Assembly: GCA_964535655.1 (NCBI GenBank)
Contig: CAZHTP010000006.1
Span: forward strand, 1,532 to 65,531
Direction of reading: 5' to 3'
Length of the DNA stretch: 64,000 nucleotides
DNA from: an uncultured Gammaproteobacteria bacterium
GTDB lineage: Bacteria; Patescibacteriota; Microgenomatia; JALYQM01
Part shown: in pieces, positions 61,948 to 64,000 of the stretch
Layout: each line of letters opens with the position of its first letter
How positions within the stretch are numbered: position 1 is the first letter of the stretch
Made by a program: the position numbers and the translations under genes
Notes under the pieces: model-generated
What the model was told of the DNA's origin: nothing
Seen by the model: the letters and a program-made list of their open reading frames with translations, nothing else
Database searches by the model: none

Positions 61948-62964
61948 TCACAATATTCCTGTATATTTTGCTAATGCCTGAACTATTGCCTGCGACAACA
62001 ATGGATGACTCAAAATTTTCTCATTCACCCAGACCGCCGAGCTCTTCAACCTATCCAATATCCCTTTAACCTTTTCAGGGCTTCCACCAGTAGACAACTC
62101 TGCGTTCAAGCTATCAATTAACTGAAGAACTTCGCTTTTGTTAGGTGTTTCCTGTTTTTGAACTTCCGATTTAATCTCATTAAACGCAATATTAATGTTG
62201 TGACTGTCGACAATAACAGGGCTGTAGTTACCTTTTGTTGAAGCATTTATTTGATTACCCATAATTTTTTGATACACGAATTCGTACGGAACTTTGATAC
62301 TAAATTCCGATTGGTCTTCGATGAATTTTATGCCTTCATTTTTAATTTTAATATGATGGTATCCAGCTGTACTTTTCGAAAAGCTTATTCGGTCATCATC
62401 ACCCAAAAACTCCACATTACGCTCCAAGGCAACTTTATCTACAGGGACAAAAATACCCAGCATTTCCAAACCGATAACTTCCTGACTTCCTATAGACCAA
62501 TAGTTATAAAGGGTGGTAAGTATTTGCCTACGTATTTGGTCATTTGTAGGAGAGCCGCCGAACATGATTCTTTGTGCAGTTCGCTTAAAGCCACCTTCTA
62601 GTTTAATACTGTACCCAAATCCATTTTCAGCTAAACCTTCAACACCTGTATTAAACATATATTTGAAACAAGTGTAGCCTTGATTTTGATATAAATTAGA
62701 AATTTTTTCGGGAAAGAATGGCAAATATGGAATCAGTGCCAAATAAGCCAGCTCTTCTTCATTTGAATTTCGGTAAGTTTGTCCTGTCGCGACTGCACGA
62801 GCAGTCCCGCTCCAACTAAAGGTTATACAACCTATACCTTCATCATTTTCATCATCAACACGATACATGAAACTATCGGAGGAATCCCCAGAGGAAGCCC
62901 GTGGATTATTTTCAACAGGGCGTATCGAATAGGTATGTGCACCATCACGTACTTTTACGAGCAT
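61948..62964 (-). CDS. Hypothetical protein with a probable winged helix and helical tail
   Basis: RRQILTTLY..HIKIKNEGIKFIE pattern; first gene of the cluster. Confidence 0.65.
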   Translation of the reverse strand: MLVKVRDGAHTYSIRPVENNPRASSGDSSDSFMYRVDDENDEGIGCITFSWSGTARAVATGQTYRNSNEEELAYLALIPYLPFFPEKISNLYQNQGYTCFKYMFNTGVEGLAENGFGYSIKLEGGFKRTAQRIMFGGSPTNDQIRRQILTTLYNYWSIGSQEVIGLEMLGIFVPVDKVALERNVEFLGDDDRISFSKSTAGYHHIKIKNEGIKFIEDQSEFSIKVPYEFVYQKIMGNQINASTKGNYSPVIVDSHNINIAFNEIKSEVQKQETPNKSEVLQLIDSLNAELSTGGSPEKVKGILDRLKSSAVWVNEKILSHPLLSQAIVQALAKYTGIL

Positions 62965-63214
62965 AGGATTAAATCTTAATTACACACAGGAACTTAATAA
63001 TTTGCCTGCATTATACAAAATCCGAAGATATCAATAGAAGGCCTAATTATTCCAACGAAAAGCATTAATTCTCAATTGCAAACCTAAACTTAATAACTCC
63101 CTCTACAATTCGACAAAACGACCACGGCATGTCTGACCTAACTATTTTCACTACTTAATGTATACACACACTGTAAACAGAGTTTTAAACCGCTTACAGG
63201 TATAAATTATCCTG

Positions 63215-64000
63215 TCATTTACAGAAGGAATTATAACCCGCACGGCATAGTGCCTTATAAAGCAAATCTATTGGATTAGCTGATGGGCGTGGTGTTGGTG
63301 CAACAGTAGGTCTTGGTGTTTTCGTGGGTTTAGGAGTTTTAGTTGGCTTTATAGTAGGCACGAATGTTGGTGTTGAAGTAGGAGTAACAGTAGGTGTCGG
63401 CGTTGGAGCAAGAGTTGGACTTGAAGTTGGAGAAGGAGTTACCACCTGTGTCGGAGTAGGTGTAATCGTCGGAGTTGGAGTCGAGGTTGTTAAATCATTT
63501 GGATTCCAAAGTACTGCATGAGCCTTACCTTCAGGAGTAAAGCTATATCCAACAATTTGCCCTTTGCTATTAATATCCTTTGCAAAACTGTCACTACCAC
63601 CAAGAGTGCCCAAATCAACCATATTTCCGTTTTTGATAACAAAAGCATGTAAAGCTCCACCCGCTTTTATTCGACTCCCCCCAACAATTACTCCCTCCTC
63701 GTTAATATCCATGGCATAACTATCATCGCCACCGAGAGTACCTAAATCCTGTACCGCACGATTTTCCCATAAAGCAGCATGAGGACTTTTGCTAGAAGTA
63801 TCTGAAATACCTACAATCTGATTTTTATTGTTGATACTCATAGCATAGCTAGAGTTAATGACTTTAGGGACTAATGTGGGAAGACGAAAAGCTTGACCAT
63901 TCTCCCAAATCACTGGATTACTATTCATTTCATCAGGATAGTTAGCATATCCAACTGCAATCTCTCCTTCATTTACACCAAGGGCAACACTATCAACTGC
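63215..64000 (-). CDS. Extracellular HAF-repeat protein with Pro/Thr tail, truncated by window edge
   Basis: Repeated DLGTLGG..S.A.DIN..G.IVG..HA; frame open to 64000. Confidence 0.88.
   Translation of the reverse strand, partial: AVDSVALGVNEGEIAVGYANYPDEMNSNPVIWENGQAFRLPTLVPKVINSSYAMSINNKNQIVGISDTSSKSPHAALWENRAVQDLGTLGGDDSYAMDINEEGVIVGGSRIKAGGALHAFVIKNGNMVDLGTLGGSDSFAKDINSKGQIVGYSFTPEGKAHAVLWNPNDLTTSTPTPTITPTPTQVVTPSPTSSPTLAPTPTPTVTPTSTPTFVPTIKPTKTPKPTKTPRPTVAPTPRPSANPIDLLYKALCRAGYNSFCK

Noticed and set aside
63290-63490. Tandem DNA repeats
   Set aside because: Explained by Pro/Thr-rich linker codons, as at 22.9-23.2 kb

Overview
This 64-kb AT-rich bacterial window uses the standard code. 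Gene content points to a CPR/Patescibacteria genome, probably Microgenomates (inference). Bases 1-39 kb are mostly chromosomal: ilvB-ACT-thrC (fused to a LeuA regulatory domain)-ridA, a small ORF plus dinB, ABC and RND transporters, VanW, rarA, VOC/MFS genes, a 1286-aa SNF2-like helicase with three sigma4-like repeats, a radical SAM protein and a JAB-like protein. Bases 39-63 kb are a mosaic island. It holds a Fic gene, a GC-rich foreign fragment with a structured RNA candidate, a PIN remnant, a relic serine-recombinase tail, nested IS remnants and an XRE-led GT2/HAD/kinase/nucleotidyltransferase operon. It also holds a satellite/IME-like core (SF3 helicase, excisionase, large serine recombinase) and a ten-gene deaminase/HD/RibD/MazG/Schlafen cluster. 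Non-coding highlights are two copies of a three-way-junction element with a fixed core and fully exchanged stems (~875 and ~19140), several operator palindromes and origin-like repeats. Many genes carry internal deletions or fusion scars. No rRNA, tRNA or CRISPR array was recognised. All calls are by eye from motifs; no searches were run.
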